In this document: in pieces, positions 46,701 to 55,450 of the stretch
How the letters are laid out: each line of letters opens with the position of its first letter
How positions within the stretch are numbered: position 1 is the first letter of the stretch
The notes under the pieces: generated by a model
The model's input: only the letters and a program-made list of their open reading frames with translations
Told to the model about the DNA's origin: nothing
Databases searched by the model: none
NCBI GenBank assembly: GCA_963666935.1
Contig: OY762936.1
Coordinates: forward strand, 1,283,949 to 1,347,948
Direction: 5' to 3'
Length of the DNA stretch: 64,000 nucleotides
Source: Christensenellaceae bacterium
GTDB lineage: Bacteria > Bacillota > Clostridia > Christensenellales > CAG-138
Program-made: the position numbers and the translations under genes

Positions 46701-47955
46701 GATCACCAAGGACGAGATGGAGCGGCTTGTGAGCAACTGCGCGGGGGTTAAAAAGACCACGGGTCAGCACCCCGGCGGCATTGTCATTGTGCCGGAGGAA
46801 AACGACATTATGGAATTCACCCCCATTCAGTACCCGGCGGATCGGTCGGAGGGGAAGACCGTTACCACCCACTTTGACTTCCACGCCATGGACGACCGGC
46901 TGGTGAAGCTGGACATACTGGGTCACGACGACCCCACGGCTTTGCGCATGCTTCAGGACATCACGGGGCTGGACCCCCGGTCCATTTCGCTGGATGACCC
47001 CGATACCATGAAGCTTTTCTCCAGTAGCGAGCCTTTAGGTGTGAGCCTCCCGGAATTGGACTGCGACGTGGGCAGCATCGCGATTCCGGAATTTGGCACC
47101 ACCTTTGTGCGACAGATTCTGAAAGATACGCGGCCTACCACCATGGAGGAGCTGGTACGGATTTCCGGCATTTCTCACGGCACAGACGTTTGGGTGGGAA
47201 ACGCACAGGATCTGATTTTAAGCGGCACGGCCAGCCTTTCAGAGGTGATCTGTACCCGGGACGACATTATGAATTACCTGATTCTCCGAGGCGGCGACCC
47301 CTCTATGTCCTTTAAAACCATGGAGAATGTGCGCAAAGGCAAGGGCGTTACGGAGGAGATGGAGACGCATATGGCGTCCATTGCCACGCCAAAGTGGTTT
47401 GTGGCTTCCTGCAAGAAGATCAAATACATGTTCCCCCGGGCGCATGCCGCGGCCTACGTGATGATGGCGTTTCGGGTAGCGTATTATAAGGTGCATATGC
47501 CGCTGGCGTTTTATACCGTATACTTTACCGTTCGCGCCGACGCCTTCGACATTGCGGCGGCGGAAGGCGGCGCCGACAGGGTGCTCAAAAACATCAAAGA
47601 CCTCAAGAAAAAGGGTAACGATATGGATAACAAGGAAGCCGATCTGCTTACCATTCTGGAGGTTGTGTATGAGATGAACAAACGGGGAATCGAACTGCTG
47701 CCCATCGACCTTTACAAGTCCGAAGCCCGGGAATTCAAAATCGAAGACGGAAAGATCCGGCCGCCATATTCTTCCATCGCGGGGGTGGGTGCGGCGGCGG
47801 CGGAGGGGATCGCACAGGCTGCCCGGGAAGGCGCTTACTCCTCGAAAGAAGATTTTAGGCGCAGGAGCGGCGCAAACAGCGCCGTTGTGAAAGCGTTGGA
47901 GGAGCTGGGCTGCATGGAAGGAATTCCTGAAACCGACCAGCTTTGCCTGTTTTAG
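43765..47955 (+). CDS. polC: DNA polymerase III alpha subunit, PolC type
   Basis: 1396 aa. PHP domain (VELHLHTKMSAMDG) with an inserted exonuclease-like domain, a Zn-finger region (CPSCRHSDF...CPVCG), and the pol core (GIVIVP...TTHFDFH). Confidence 0.95.
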   Translation: MEEGLKELFERAGIVGAELLDARLIKSEQKLAVTIRTSGLVSMQKIEAAKAAVKEASGFEAELHLCCEGVEEKLCMNDKATLNVLKDAWGRILPVARPALASSCWQWQEGVLMVSVAKGFSALADKPEWVRAAEKLFASAYGMNLKIRVIEDAQIQPELPQSQPEPKPVQRKKAERQPADAEKAKVILGKAIKKSAIHKQHELVESMGTVTISGEVLSIETMARKGGGNILTVIISDHTGTLPCKLFLEVSDTKTAKALQSVKERGDYLVVSGRYGMDQWLKRMCVYPKDIGYMAVLPRMDRATEKRVELHLHTKMSAMDGLLNVKEAVKTAARWGHKAVAITDHGVVHAFPDAVNAAKKCGIKALLGVEGYLLPDSELIERPREYTAIYVTMADGIKLPEVFEIAACRFTENEILDAMDVLVDTGALLSQSLATETGLTIEMLHTGVPIAEALGTLIQFAGESVKVLHDAQQLKALYEYGLRFNMELNSKLVSTGMLSHYLHREVKEPTLLAMCKKDGILCGGRAKDRAAATARLMQNLLRTLDGKGVTTLPLTNAVPAEKVKGKRGNYHIILLAKNPEGLKNLYRLVSYAHMEYLKKVPQIPRSLLSVYREGLIVGSACEAGELFRALLSGAGEERLMQVAQMYDFLEIQPIANNGFLMRNGTVADDDGLRELNRRIVALGERMGKPVVATGDVHFLEPDHAIFRSIIMHARGFEDAEEQAPLYFKTTDEMLEEFSYLGEEKAMEVVVENPGHIADSCENLKPFLSEKSTYAPTFPGANEELRDMALVRAHEIYGDTLPDVVQKRLDKELNSIIGNGYASLYLMAQRLVYKSLNDGYLVGSRGSVGSSLVAHLAGITEVNALQPHYVCPSCRHSDFDVDRSKYACGVDMPDKDCPVCGAKYKKLGYEIPFEVFLGFKGDKTPDIDLNFSGEYQPVAHKFTETMFGEGHAFRAGTISGVKDKTVYGYVKAYCEDNGIQITKDEMERLVSNCAGVKKTTGQHPGGIVIVPEENDIMEFTPIQYPADRSEGKTVTTHFDFHAMDDRLVKLDILGHDDPTALRMLQDITGLDPRSISLDDPDTMKLFSSSEPLGVSLPELDCDVGSIAIPEFGTTFVRQILKDTRPTTMEELVRISGISHGTDVWVGNAQDLILSGTASLSEVICTRDDIMNYLILRGGDPSMSFKTMENVRKGKGVTEEMETHMASIATPKWFVASCKKIKYMFPRAHAAAYVMMAFRVAYYKVHMPLAFYTVYFTVRADAFDIAAAEGGADRVLKNIKDLKKKGNDMDNKEADLLTILEVVYEMNKRGIELLPIDLYKSEAREFKIEDGKIRPPYSSIAGVGAAAAEGIAQAAREGAYSSKEDFRRRSGANSAVVKALEELGCMEGIPETDQLCLF

Positions 47956-47975
47956 CCGCTTTCGCCGAATAATGC

Positions 47976-48005
47976 TTGCATTGTTTCGGATTTCTGTGAT
48001 ATAAT
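47976..48005 (+). promoter_or_regulatory. Sigma-A promoter (extended -10) for the rimP-nusA-infB operon
   Basis: TTGCAT (47976-47981), 18-nt spacer, TGaTATAAT (TATAAT at 48000-48005). Confidence 0.55.
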
Positions 48006-48040
48006 TTAGCCGTTGGGCAGCGTGAAACTGCAGAAGTGTA

Positions 48041-48074
48041 AAAAGAGTGGGGCAAAACCTCGCTCTTTTGTTTT
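48041..48074 (+). terminator. Terminator-like hairpin in the rimP-nusA leader (candidate attenuator)
   Basis: AGAGTGGGG (48044-48052) pairs with CCTCGCTCT (48058-48066), with 2 G-U pairs and loop CAAAA. An upstream A-run is present and TTTGTTTTG follows. Confidence 0.5.
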
Positions 48075-48099
48075 GAAGGGGACATGGAAAAGAGAAAGA

Positions 48100-48579
48100 A
48101 TGAAACTTGCGGATAGGATTGACGCGCTGCTCCGCCCGGTAATCAAGTCGCTTGGCTACGAGCTGGACGAAGTGGAATATAGTAAGGAATACGGCAGCTG
48201 GGTGCTGACAGTGTACATCGAGCGCGAGGATGGCGCCAGTGCGGATTTGGACGACTGCGAAAAGGTAAGCAGGGCCGTGGATCCGGTGCTGGATGAAGCG
48301 GATCCCATAGAACAGGAATATTTTTTGAGTGTGTCCTCCATTGGACTGGACCGCCCCATAAAAAAAGACAAAGACTTTCAGCGAAATCTGGGCAAAATGG
48401 TGACAGTTAAGCTCTATGCGCCTTTGGATGGGAAGAAGGAATACATGGGAACGCTTAGGGCATTTGATGATGATACATTTACCATTTTTGTCGAAGACAA
48501 AGAACGAGTGATTGGCCGCAAGGATGCCGCCGGCATCAGGCCTCACATTGATTTCGACGGTCTTGAAAAGCAAAATTAA
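48100..48579 (+). CDS. rimP: Ribosome maturation factor RimP
   Basis: LGYELDEVEY.KE...VL.VYI.......DLDDCEKVSR.V...LD is typical of RimP. ATG 48100 chosen, because the upstream part of ORF 48013.. covers the leader hairpin. Confidence 0.88.
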   Translation: MKLADRIDALLRPVIKSLGYELDEVEYSKEYGSWVLTVYIEREDGASADLDDCEKVSRAVDPVLDEADPIEQEYFLSVSSIGLDRPIKKDKDFQRNLGKMVTVKLYAPLDGKKEYMGTLRAFDDDTFTIFVEDKERVIGRKDAAGIRPHIDFDGLEKQN

Positions 48580-48619
48580 TGGAATTATTTATGAAGTTAG
48601 AAGTTAAGGGAGAGAGAGA

Positions 48620-49744
48620 ATGAACGCCGAATTCATTGAGGCACTGAACGCCATTGAAAAAGAACGGGGAATCAACAAAGACCTCCTCATAGAAGCTTTT
48701 GAGTCCGCTTTGGTGGCGGCATATAAACGGAATTGCGGCGGCGTGGGCAACGTGCGCGCCATCGTGGACCGCGAAACCGGCGAGGTACAGATTTTTGCCT
48801 CCAAGAGCGTGGTGGAAAATGTGGAAAACCCCAATTTGGAGATTTCCGTGGCCGACGCAAAAAAGGTGAACGCCCTTTTCGAAGAGGGTGACGTTTTGGA
48901 AGAGGAAGTGGATCCCCGCAAATTCGGCCGCATTGCCGCGCAGACGGCAAAACAGGTTGTTGTGCAGCGCATTCGCGAGGCAGAGCGCGGCGTGATATTC
49001 GATGAATTTGTGGAGAAAGAAAACGAGGTACTTACAGCGATCGTTCAGCGTACGGAGAAAAACGGCGTGTACGTGGAGCTGGGCAAGACTGACGGACTTT
49101 TGGCGACATCGGAGACCATAGCAGGAGAGACATACAACAATTCCGACCGCATTAAAGTTTATGTGCTGGAAGTGCGCAAGACCAGCAAGGGACTGCAGGT
49201 TATGGTATCCAGAACCCACCCCGGGTTGGTGAAGCGGCTCTTTGAGCTGGAAGTCCCGGAAATTCAGTCAGGCATAGTGCAGATTAAGTCCATTGCCCGG
49301 GAAGCCGGCTTTCGGACTAAGGTGGCGGTATTTTCCACCGATCCCCAGGTGGACGCCGTTGGCGCATGCGTGGGCCAGAAGGGAATCCGTGTGGAACGGA
49401 TCGTAAACGAGCTGCACAATGAAAAAATCGACATTATCGAATGGGATTCCGATCCCGCTGTATATATTGCCAAGGCGCTGAGCCCTGCCCGAGTCATGAT
49501 GGTATACATCAACGAGCAGGAGAAGGCGGCAAAGGTCATTGTGCCGGACAATCAGCTTTCTTTGGCAATCGGCAAGGAGGGGCAGAACGTACGCCTGGCG
49601 GCTAAGCTGACTGGCTGGAAGATCGACATCAAGAACCAGACACAGGCGGAGCGGGACATCGATATCAACGCCGCCAACGAGCAGGAAGCGTATGCAGATG
49701 AGGATGAGTATCAGGAGCAGGACGAGGCACGTTCGGAGGAATAA
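48620..49744 (+). CDS. nusA: Transcription termination/antitermination factor NusA
   Basis: N-terminal domain (FIEALNAIEKERGI), S1 domain, two KH domains (GACVGQKGIRV, LAIGKEGQNVRLA), and an acidic tail. Confidence 0.95.
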   Translation: MNAEFIEALNAIEKERGINKDLLIEAFESALVAAYKRNCGGVGNVRAIVDRETGEVQIFASKSVVENVENPNLEISVADAKKVNALFEEGDVLEEEVDPRKFGRIAAQTAKQVVVQRIREAERGVIFDEFVEKENEVLTAIVQRTEKNGVYVELGKTDGLLATSETIAGETYNNSDRIKVYVLEVRKTSKGLQVMVSRTHPGLVKRLFELEVPEIQSGIVQIKSIAREAGFRTKVAVFSTDPQVDAVGACVGQKGIRVERIVNELHNEKIDIIEWDSDPAVYIAKALSPARVMMVYINEQEKAAKVIVPDNQLSLAIGKEGQNVRLAAKLTGWKIDIKNQTQAERDIDINAANEQEAYADEDEYQEQDEARSEE

Positions 49745-49747
49745 CCC

Positions 49748-50014
49748 ATGAAGAAGATACCGATGCGCATGTGCGTGGGCTGTCGGGAGATGCGCCCTAA
49801 GAAGGAACTGCTGCGCATTGTCCGCACGCCGGACGGGAATATTATTGTGGATAGAACCGGGAAGGCGTCAGGCCGCGGGGCGTATATTTGCCCGTCGGTA
49901 GCCTGTTTGGAGAAGGCGGAGAAAATTCGGGCATTGGAGCGGGCGCTGGAGCATAGCGTTGATTCCCAAGTGTTTGCAAGGCTTCGCTCCGAAATCCAGC
50001 CGGACGACGGCTGA
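49748..50014 (+). CDS. ylxR: YlxR/RnpM family (DUF448) RNA-binding protein
   Basis: PMRMCVGCREMRPKKELLRIV...GRGAYIC is the DUF448 signature. Conserved position after nusA. Confidence 0.88.
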   Translation: MKKIPMRMCVGCREMRPKKELLRIVRTPDGNIIVDRTGKASGRGAYICPSVACLEKAEKIRALERALEHSVDSQVFARLRSEIQPDDG

Positions 50015-50021
50015 ACGAGAA

Positions 50022-50324
50022 ATGCCTATGAATGAAATAAAACTCTTAGCCGCACTGGGATTCGCCATGAAGGCAGGGAAATGCCTTTGCGGAGATTTTA
50101 TCAGTGAGAAGGCATTGAAGGGCGGAAGGGCAAAGCTGATTATCCTGGATGATTCCGCCTCACAAAATACCCGGGAACGCTACCAAGGCATGTGCGCGAG
50201 GGAGAACACCCCGTTGCTATGCATCAAGGAATTGGACGCCGCCATCGGCAAAGAAGGCCGAAAGGTCGCGGCGATAACGGACGGCGGATTTGCCCGCCTG
50301 ATTATTGAAGCACGGGAGTGCTGA
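50022..50324 (+). CDS. ylxQ: L7Ae/L30e-family RNA-binding protein (YlxQ-like)
   Basis: LGFAMKAGK...G...........AKLIILD.S with conserved nusA-ylxR-ylxQ-infB order. Start is ATG 50022 or 50028. Confidence 0.75.
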   Translation: MPMNEIKLLAALGFAMKAGKCLCGDFISEKALKGGRAKLIILDDSASQNTRERYQGMCARENTPLLCIKELDAAIGKEGRKVAAITDGGFARLIIEAREC

Positions 50325-50353
50325 CAACGCTAATACACACGGGGGTATGATAA

Positions 50354-53209
50354 ATGGCAAAAGCAAAGGCATTGGATACGGCAAAGGAGCTTGAAGCACA
50401 GGCAAAAGATTTGTCTGAGCGAATTATAGGCTTGCAGGAAACGCTTTCTGAGACGCTCAACGCAGTGCGAAGCGCCGAAGGCAGGCTTGCAGAAAAAGAA
50501 AAAACCGAGGAGAGAACCCGGGCGGAACGTGAAAAAGCGGAACGCCTCCGGGATATTCTTGCTTCGGAAGAGAATCTGGCGTTTCACGTTGGTGAAGATC
50601 AGCCGGAGGAAACGGCGACACCGGCTTTTGAGGAACCTCGGGCTAAGGAGACCCAGCCCGCTGAGGCAAAGGAAAAAGCTCCTGAGTATGCTGCCCAAAA
50701 GTCAGAGGAAACGGCACAGAAATCTGCGGCTACAAAAGCGGAAAAAAGCGCCGAAGTACCGTCGGAAACACCCCCCGTTTCATCGGTTCAAAACCGCACC
50801 GTTCAGGGCGCAGGCCGGCCCTCGCCGCGTGGTGAGCAGCCGCAGGGACAACAGCCCCAGAGATTCAACGACCGTCCGCAGGGACAACAGCCCCAGAGAT
50901 TTGGCGACCGTCCCCAGGGACAACAGCCCCAGAGATTCAACGACCGTCCCCAGGGACAACAGCCCCAGCGATTCGGCGACCGTCCGCAGGGACAACAGCC
51001 CCAGAGATTCAACGACCGTCCCCAGGGACAACAACCTCAAAGATTCGGCGACCGTCCCCAGGGGCAACAGCCCCAAAGATTCGGCAACCGTCCGCAGGGA
51101 CAACAGCCCCAGAGATTTGGCGACCGTCCGCAAAGCAATCAATTCCAGCAGAGGCCTGGCATGCCCGCCGGCCAGGATAAATTCGACAGGCCAAAGACGG
51201 GCTATCAGGCCCATCCTGCCGCTCGAACCGTGGCGGGACCTTTGGGGAAGGATAAAGATAGACGCCCTGTCAGCCCTGTTAGCAACAACAATAACAATAA
51301 TAGTAACAAGAGCCGGGAAGAAGAGCGGAAGGCAAAGGCGCGCAAGAGCCTCATCAAGGAAGAACGCCTGAGACCTGATGACGATTCGCCTATGGGCCGC
51401 AGGATTCGGAGGCAGAAGCAGCAGGTGGTCCGTCGGCCGGAGCCTATAAAAATTGAAAAGGCCATTCTTACAGCGGAGAACACCACTGTAAAGGAACTTT
51501 CGGAAAAGATTGGAAAGCCTGCGGCGGAAATCATCAAGAAACTATTTATTCTTGGGATTATGGCCACCATCAATCAGGAGCTTGATTTTGATACCTGCTC
51601 CCTGGTGGCGTCAGATTATAATATCGAGCTGGAATTGAACGTGGCCAAGACAGCGGAAGATGTGCTGCAAGAGAGCATAGATGAAGAGGACGTGAAGGAG
51701 AGCCTAGTGCCTCGTCCGCCTGTGGTGACCATCATGGGCCATGTAGACCACGGCAAGACCTCCCTGCTGGATGCCATCCGGCAGAGTAGCATCACTGATG
51801 GAGAAGCCGGCGGTATTACCCAGCATATCGGCGCCTATACCGTGACTTGCCACGACCAGCTGATTACGTTCATCGACACGCCGGGCCACGAGGCATTTAC
51901 TTCCATGCGTGCTCGCGGCGCACAGGTGACGGACATTATCATTCTGGTGGTGGCGGCGGACGACGGCATTATGCCCCAGACCGTTGAGGCCATCAACCAT
52001 GCCAAAGCGGCAAAGGTTCCAATTATCGTGGCCATTAATAAGATGGATCGAGAAACCGCCAATCCCGACAGGGTGAAGCAGCAGCTCACCGAGCATGGTT
52101 TGGTATCCGAAGAATGGGGCGGCGAGACAATTTGCGTCCCGGTTTCTGCGAAGACCAGGGCCAATTTGGATACATTGTTGGAGATGGTCCTTTTGCAGGC
52201 GGACGTACTGGAGCTCCGCGCTAATCCCAATCGCAGCGCGAAGGGTACCATTATTGAGGCGGAGCTGGACAAAGGCAGAGGCCCCATCGCTACCGTATTG
52301 GTGCAGAACGGAACATTGAAGGTAGGCGATCCCATTGTGGCAGGAATGACTTACGGGCGAGTACGCGCCATGATGGACGATAAGGGAAAGCGCGTTATGG
52401 AAGCTGGCCCCAGCCAGCCGGTAGAGGTATTGGGCTTCTCTGAAGTTCCAGCGGCCGGCGATATGATGAACGTTTCAGAGGTCGACAAGCTATCCCGCCA
52501 GGTTGCCGAGGAGCGCCGTGACAAGCAGAAAGCGGAGCAGCTGAAGAATATGTCCAAGGTTTCTTTGGACGATTTATTCACCCAGATTGCGGCGGGCAAT
52601 GTGAAGGATCTGAACGTCATCGTCAAGGCAGACGTGCAGGGCTCCGTGGAAGCGGTCAAGCAGGCGCTGGAGAAGCTTTCCAACGAGGAAGTGCATGTGC
52701 GCTGCATTCATGGCGGCGTGGGAGCAATCACCGGCTCCGATATCATGTTTGCGTCCGTGTCCAACGCCATCGTCATAGGCTTCAACGTGCGCCCGGATAA
52801 CATGGCGAGGGAGATGGCGGAGCGCGAAAAGGTGGATGTACGTATGTATCGGATTATCTACACCGCTATCGAAGACATCGAAAAGGCCATGAAAGGCATG
52901 TTCGCTCCGGTATTCAAGGAAACGGAGCTGGGCCACGCGGAAGTGCGCAATACCTTTAAGGTCAGCGGCGTCGGCACCATTGCCGGTTGCTACGTTCAAG
53001 ACGGTAAAGTTAACCGCAATGCCAAGGTGCGCGTGGTGCGCGGTGGCATAGTGGTCCACGAGGGGAAAATCGCTTCCCTCAAGCGCTTTAAGGACGACGC
53101 AAAGGAAGTGGCGGCCGGTTACGAGTGCGGCATCGGGGTTGAAGGCTTTAACGAAATTCGCGAGGGCGACGTGATTGAAGCCTTCGTAATGGAAGAAGTA
53201 GAAAGGTAA
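50354..53209 (+). CDS. infB: Translation initiation factor IF-2
   Basis: GTPase domain ([29 protein letters not shown]) and C-terminal domains. Long low-complexity N-terminus with tandem repeats. Confidence 0.96.
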   Translation: MAKAKALDTAKELEAQAKDLSERIIGLQETLSETLNAVRSAEGRLAEKEKTEERTRAEREKAERLRDILASEENLAFHVGEDQPEETATPAFEEPRAKETQPAEAKEKAPEYAAQKSEETAQKSAATKAEKSAEVPSETPPVSSVQNRTVQGAGRPSPRGEQPQGQQPQRFNDRPQGQQPQRFGDRPQGQQPQRFNDRPQGQQPQRFGDRPQGQQPQRFNDRPQGQQPQRFGDRPQGQQPQRFGNRPQGQQPQRFGDRPQSNQFQQRPGMPAGQDKFDRPKTGYQAHPAARTVAGPLGKDKDRRPVSPVSNNNNNNSNKSREEERKAKARKSLIKEERLRPDDDSPMGRRIRRQKQQVVRRPEPIKIEKAILTAENTTVKELSEKIGKPAAEIIKKLFILGIMATINQELDFDTCSLVASDYNIELELNVAKTAEDVLQESIDEEDVKESLVPRPPVVTIMGHVDHGKTSLLDAIRQSSITDGEAGGITQHIGAYTVTCHDQLITFIDTPGHEAFTSMRARGAQVTDIIILVVAADDGIMPQTVEAINHAKAAKVPIIVAINKMDRETANPDRVKQQLTEHGLVSEEWGGETICVPVSAKTRANLDTLLEMVLLQADVLELRANPNRSAKGTIIEAELDKGRGPIATVLVQNGTLKVGDPIVAGMTYGRVRAMMDDKGKRVMEAGPSQPVEVLGFSEVPAAGDMMNVSEVDKLSRQVAEERRDKQKAEQLKNMSKVSLDDLFTQIAAGNVKDLNVIVKADVQGSVEAVKQALEKLSNEEVHVRCIHGGVGAITGSDIMFASVSNAIVIGFNVRPDNMAREMAEREKVDVRMYRIIYTAIEDIEKAMKGMFAPVFKETELGHAEVRNTFKVSGVGTIAGCYVQDGKVNRNAKVRVVRGGIVVHEGKIASLKRFKDDAKEVAAGYECGIGVEGFNEIREGDVIEAFVMEEVER
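50846..51133 (+). repeat. Eight in-frame tandem 36-nt repeats inside infB encoding GQQPQRF(N/G)(D/N)RPQ
   Basis: GGACAACAGCCCCAGAGATTC(AAC/GGC)GACCGTCC(G/C)CAG is repeated 8 times with few substitutions. The protein reads [26 protein letters not shown]... Confidence 0.95.
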
Positions 53210-53214
53210 CTGTT

Positions 53215-53562
53215 ATGTCCATTCGCTATGACAGGATGAGCGAGGAGATTAGAAAGACCATTTCCGAAATCATCCGCGACATGAAGGACCCCAGGCTTTC
53301 GGACATGACCACCATCTTATCGGTGGATGTGGCTAGCGATCTGAAGCTGGCAAAGGTGAAGGTCAGCGTCTACGACAAGGACGACGCAGTGCGGGAGGCC
53401 TCCGTGGAGGCCCTGAACCATGGCAGCGGGTTCATCACCCGGGAACTGGGCAGACGCATGGATCTGCGCTCGCTCCCCAAATTTAAGTTCGTCTTAGACA
53501 CTTCTAGTGAATACAGCGTGCGGATCGCCGAGATCATAGACTCACTGCACAAGGACGATTAG
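53215..53562 (+). CDS. rbfA: Ribosome-binding factor A
   Basis: R..R....I...I..I......DPRL......T...V..DL..A.V is the pattern (RKTISEIIRDMKDPRLSDMTTILSVDVASDLKLAKV). Confidence 0.92.
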   Translation: MSIRYDRMSEEIRKTISEIIRDMKDPRLSDMTTILSVDVASDLKLAKVKVSVYDKDDAVREASVEALNHGSGFITRELGRRMDLRSLPKFKFVLDTSSEYSVRIAEIIDSLHKDD

Positions 53563-53569
53563 GGAACAG

Positions 53570-53596
53570 AGGCGATGAAGTTCTCATCGCCTTTTT
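53570..53596 (+). terminator. Terminator-like hairpin after rbfA
   Basis: AGGCGATGA-AGTTC-TCATCGCCT followed by TTTTG. Confidence 0.5.
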
Positions 53597-53624
53597 GATC
53601 AGATCAGGATATAGGGAGATGCGC

Positions 53625-54578
53625 ATGCGGAAAGAAATATGTGATTTTTTAATGGGCGACGGATTTACCATCCTATGCCATTCCCTGCCGGACGGCGATA
53701 CGCTGGGCAGTGGGATGGCACTGTTCCTTGCATTGGGGAATCAGGGGAAAAGGGTGGAACTCCTATGCCATGACGCTGTCCCCTCGGCTTATTACTGCAT
53801 GCCCGGCACAGAACGAATTTTAAAGCCGCAAGCAGCTGTTGGCTATAAAAACGTCATCACTGTGGACTGCGCGGATGCAGAGCGGGTGGGAGACGGGCTG
53901 CCGATGCTTCAAAGGGCTATACACACCCTAAACATCGACCATCATATGACCAACACCTCCTATGCAGAGATCAACCTTGTGGACCCATCGGCCGCGGCCA
54001 CCGCGGAGATCGTGTACCATGTGTTGCGGGAAACCGGAATGGAAATCGACCGACCCATTGCCGCCTGCCTCTATGTGGGCATGATGACGGATACCGGTTC
54101 CTTCGCCTATGCCAATACTACGCCGAAAACCATGCGTGCAGCGGCGGATATGATGGCGACAGGGATTAATCACAACGCATTGAATACGGCAATATTCCGC
54201 AACGTGCCCGTGGGGAAAAAACGGCTGTTGGCTTTGGCGCTTACGAACATGACGCTGTTCGCGCAGGGCAAAGGAGCCATTACCCATATATCGTTGGAGG
54301 AAATGCGGCACGTGGGCGCTATGGAGGAATACACAGAGGGTATTATCGACCACCTTCGGGATATCGACACGGTGGAAGTGGCGATTATGGTTCGCGAGAG
54401 CGAAGAAGGGACCAAGGTAAGCCTGCGCTCCAAAGGCGCAGTGGACGTGGCGCAAATTGCGGCGCGGCAAAATGGCGGCGGCCATATGCGAGCGTCGGGA
54501 TATACCGCTTCGGGCGGTCTGGATGAGGTTTTCTTGGAAGCGCAGAGGGTGGCCGAGGCATGCTTGAAGGAGTCGTAA
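53625..54578 (+). CDS. nrnA: DHH-family phosphoesterase (NrnA-type oligoribonuclease/pAp phosphatase)
   Basis: DGDTLGS, IDHH, TDTGSF, and GGGH motifs (DHH plus DHHA1). ATG 53625 lies 6 nt after AGGGAG. Confidence 0.85.
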   Translation: MRKEICDFLMGDGFTILCHSLPDGDTLGSGMALFLALGNQGKRVELLCHDAVPSAYYCMPGTERILKPQAAVGYKNVITVDCADAERVGDGLPMLQRAIHTLNIDHHMTNTSYAEINLVDPSAAATAEIVYHVLRETGMEIDRPIAACLYVGMMTDTGSFAYANTTPKTMRAAADMMATGINHNALNTAIFRNVPVGKKRLLALALTNMTLFAQGKGAITHISLEEMRHVGAMEEYTEGIIDHLRDIDTVEVAIMVRESEEGTKVSLRSKGAVDVAQIAARQNGGGHMRASGYTASGGLDEVFLEAQRVAEACLKES

Positions 54579-55450
54579 ATGTATTGAAGCCGCCCGGCCT
54601 CACGTCCAGCGATGTTGTGACGGATTTGCGGCACATATTTTCTATGAAAAGGGTGGGACATACTGGCACGCTGGACCCCGGCGCGGCTGGCGTGCTGCCT
54701 GTTTGCATTGGCCGCGCCACCCGGCTCTTTGATTATCTGGTGGACAAGGATAAAGAGTACCTCGCCGAAATCCACTTTGGCGCCGCCACGGACACACAGG
54801 ATTCCTATGGCCAAATCACGCAGCGCTTGGAAAAAACGGTGACGGAAAAGCAATTTTTAGAGTTGCTGTGCACTTTTCAGGGAGAGCAGGATCAGGAAGC
54901 GCCAGTGTATTCCGCGGTGAAGCAGGACGGCAAAAAGCTCTATCAGTTGGCGCGGGAGGGCAAGGAAATCATACCAAAAATCCGGCGCATCAACCTACAT
55001 AGCTTGGAATTGGTCAAAGGCGAGGGAGAGCGCAGTTTTTTATTTCGGGTTTGCTGTTCAAGGGGCACTTATGTACGGACCTTATGCCATGATATTGGAA
55101 GGGCGGCCGGTGTGCCGGCTCATCTGTCTTTTCTGCTACGAACCAGATCCGGAAACTTCAGAATTCAGGACGCTTACACGATTGGAGAGCTGCAGAAATT
55201 GAAGGAAGCGGGGACGCTTGCTTCGGCCGTAACCTCTATGGAACAGGCGTTATCGGGATTAGACGAACTGCGGCTTGCGCTGCCCGAGCGGGAGGGAACA
55301 CTGCTGAAAAATGGCGTTTCACTGGCGGTTCCGGAGGCAAAGGCGGGAATTCCTTACAGGCTTTACTGCAACGGCAGCTTTCTCGGAATCGGGAAAGTGG
55401 GGGTTGAGGGCGTGCACATCTGCGCGTATTTATGCGATGATCAAGGATAG
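54560..55450 (+). CDS. truB: tRNA pseudouridine(55) synthase
   Basis: G..NV.KP.G.TS.DVV...R......KVGHTGTLDP.A.GVLPV.IG.AT. Confidence 0.95.
   Translation: MLEGVVNVLKPPGLTSSDVVTDLRHIFSMKRVGHTGTLDPGAAGVLPVCIGRATRLFDYLVDKDKEYLAEIHFGAATDTQDSYGQITQRLEKTVTEKQFLELLCTFQGEQDQEAPVYSAVKQDGKKLYQLAREGKEIIPKIRRINLHSLELVKGEGERSFLFRVCCSRGTYVRTLCHDIGRAAGVPAHLSFLLRTRSGNFRIQDAYTIGELQKLKEAGTLASAVTSMEQALSGLDELRLALPEREGTLLKNGVSLAVPEAKAGIPYRLYCNGSFLGIGKVGVEGVHICAYLCDDQG

Noticed and set aside
48084-48116. 10-codon upstream mini-ORF (MEKRKNETCG) overlapping the rimP start
   Set aside because: The SD-like AAGGGG is only 2-3 nt from its ATG. I have no evidence of function, and it is probably a chance ORF in the leader.
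47239-48573. 444-aa minus-strand ORF antisense to the polC end and rimP. Similar long antisense ORFs lie at 26360..27481 (hisS), 28319..29383 (aspS), 4687..5325 (pth), 15730..16545, 19681..20355, 30965..31702 and 36018..36761.
   Set aside because: The explanation is the same codon-register shadow effect. I checked this for hisS and pth, where the antisense triplets align with sense codons. No SD sequences or recognisable domains are present, and each overlaps a confidently identified sense gene.
50846-51133. Possible CRISPR array (regular 36-nt repeats). The 70-bp duplicate at 35346..35485 was also considered.
   Set aside because: The units are directly adjacent with no spacers, lie in frame within infB (or are just two copies of a gene end), and no cas genes are present.
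50487-51371. 294-aa alternate-frame ORF and the repeat-rich minus-strand ORFs (50780..51214, 50803..51012, 51009..51194) inside infB
   Set aside because: These are by-products of the 36-nt tandem repeat, which stays stop-free in several frames. The IF-2 frame is continuous from the N-terminus into the GTPase domain.
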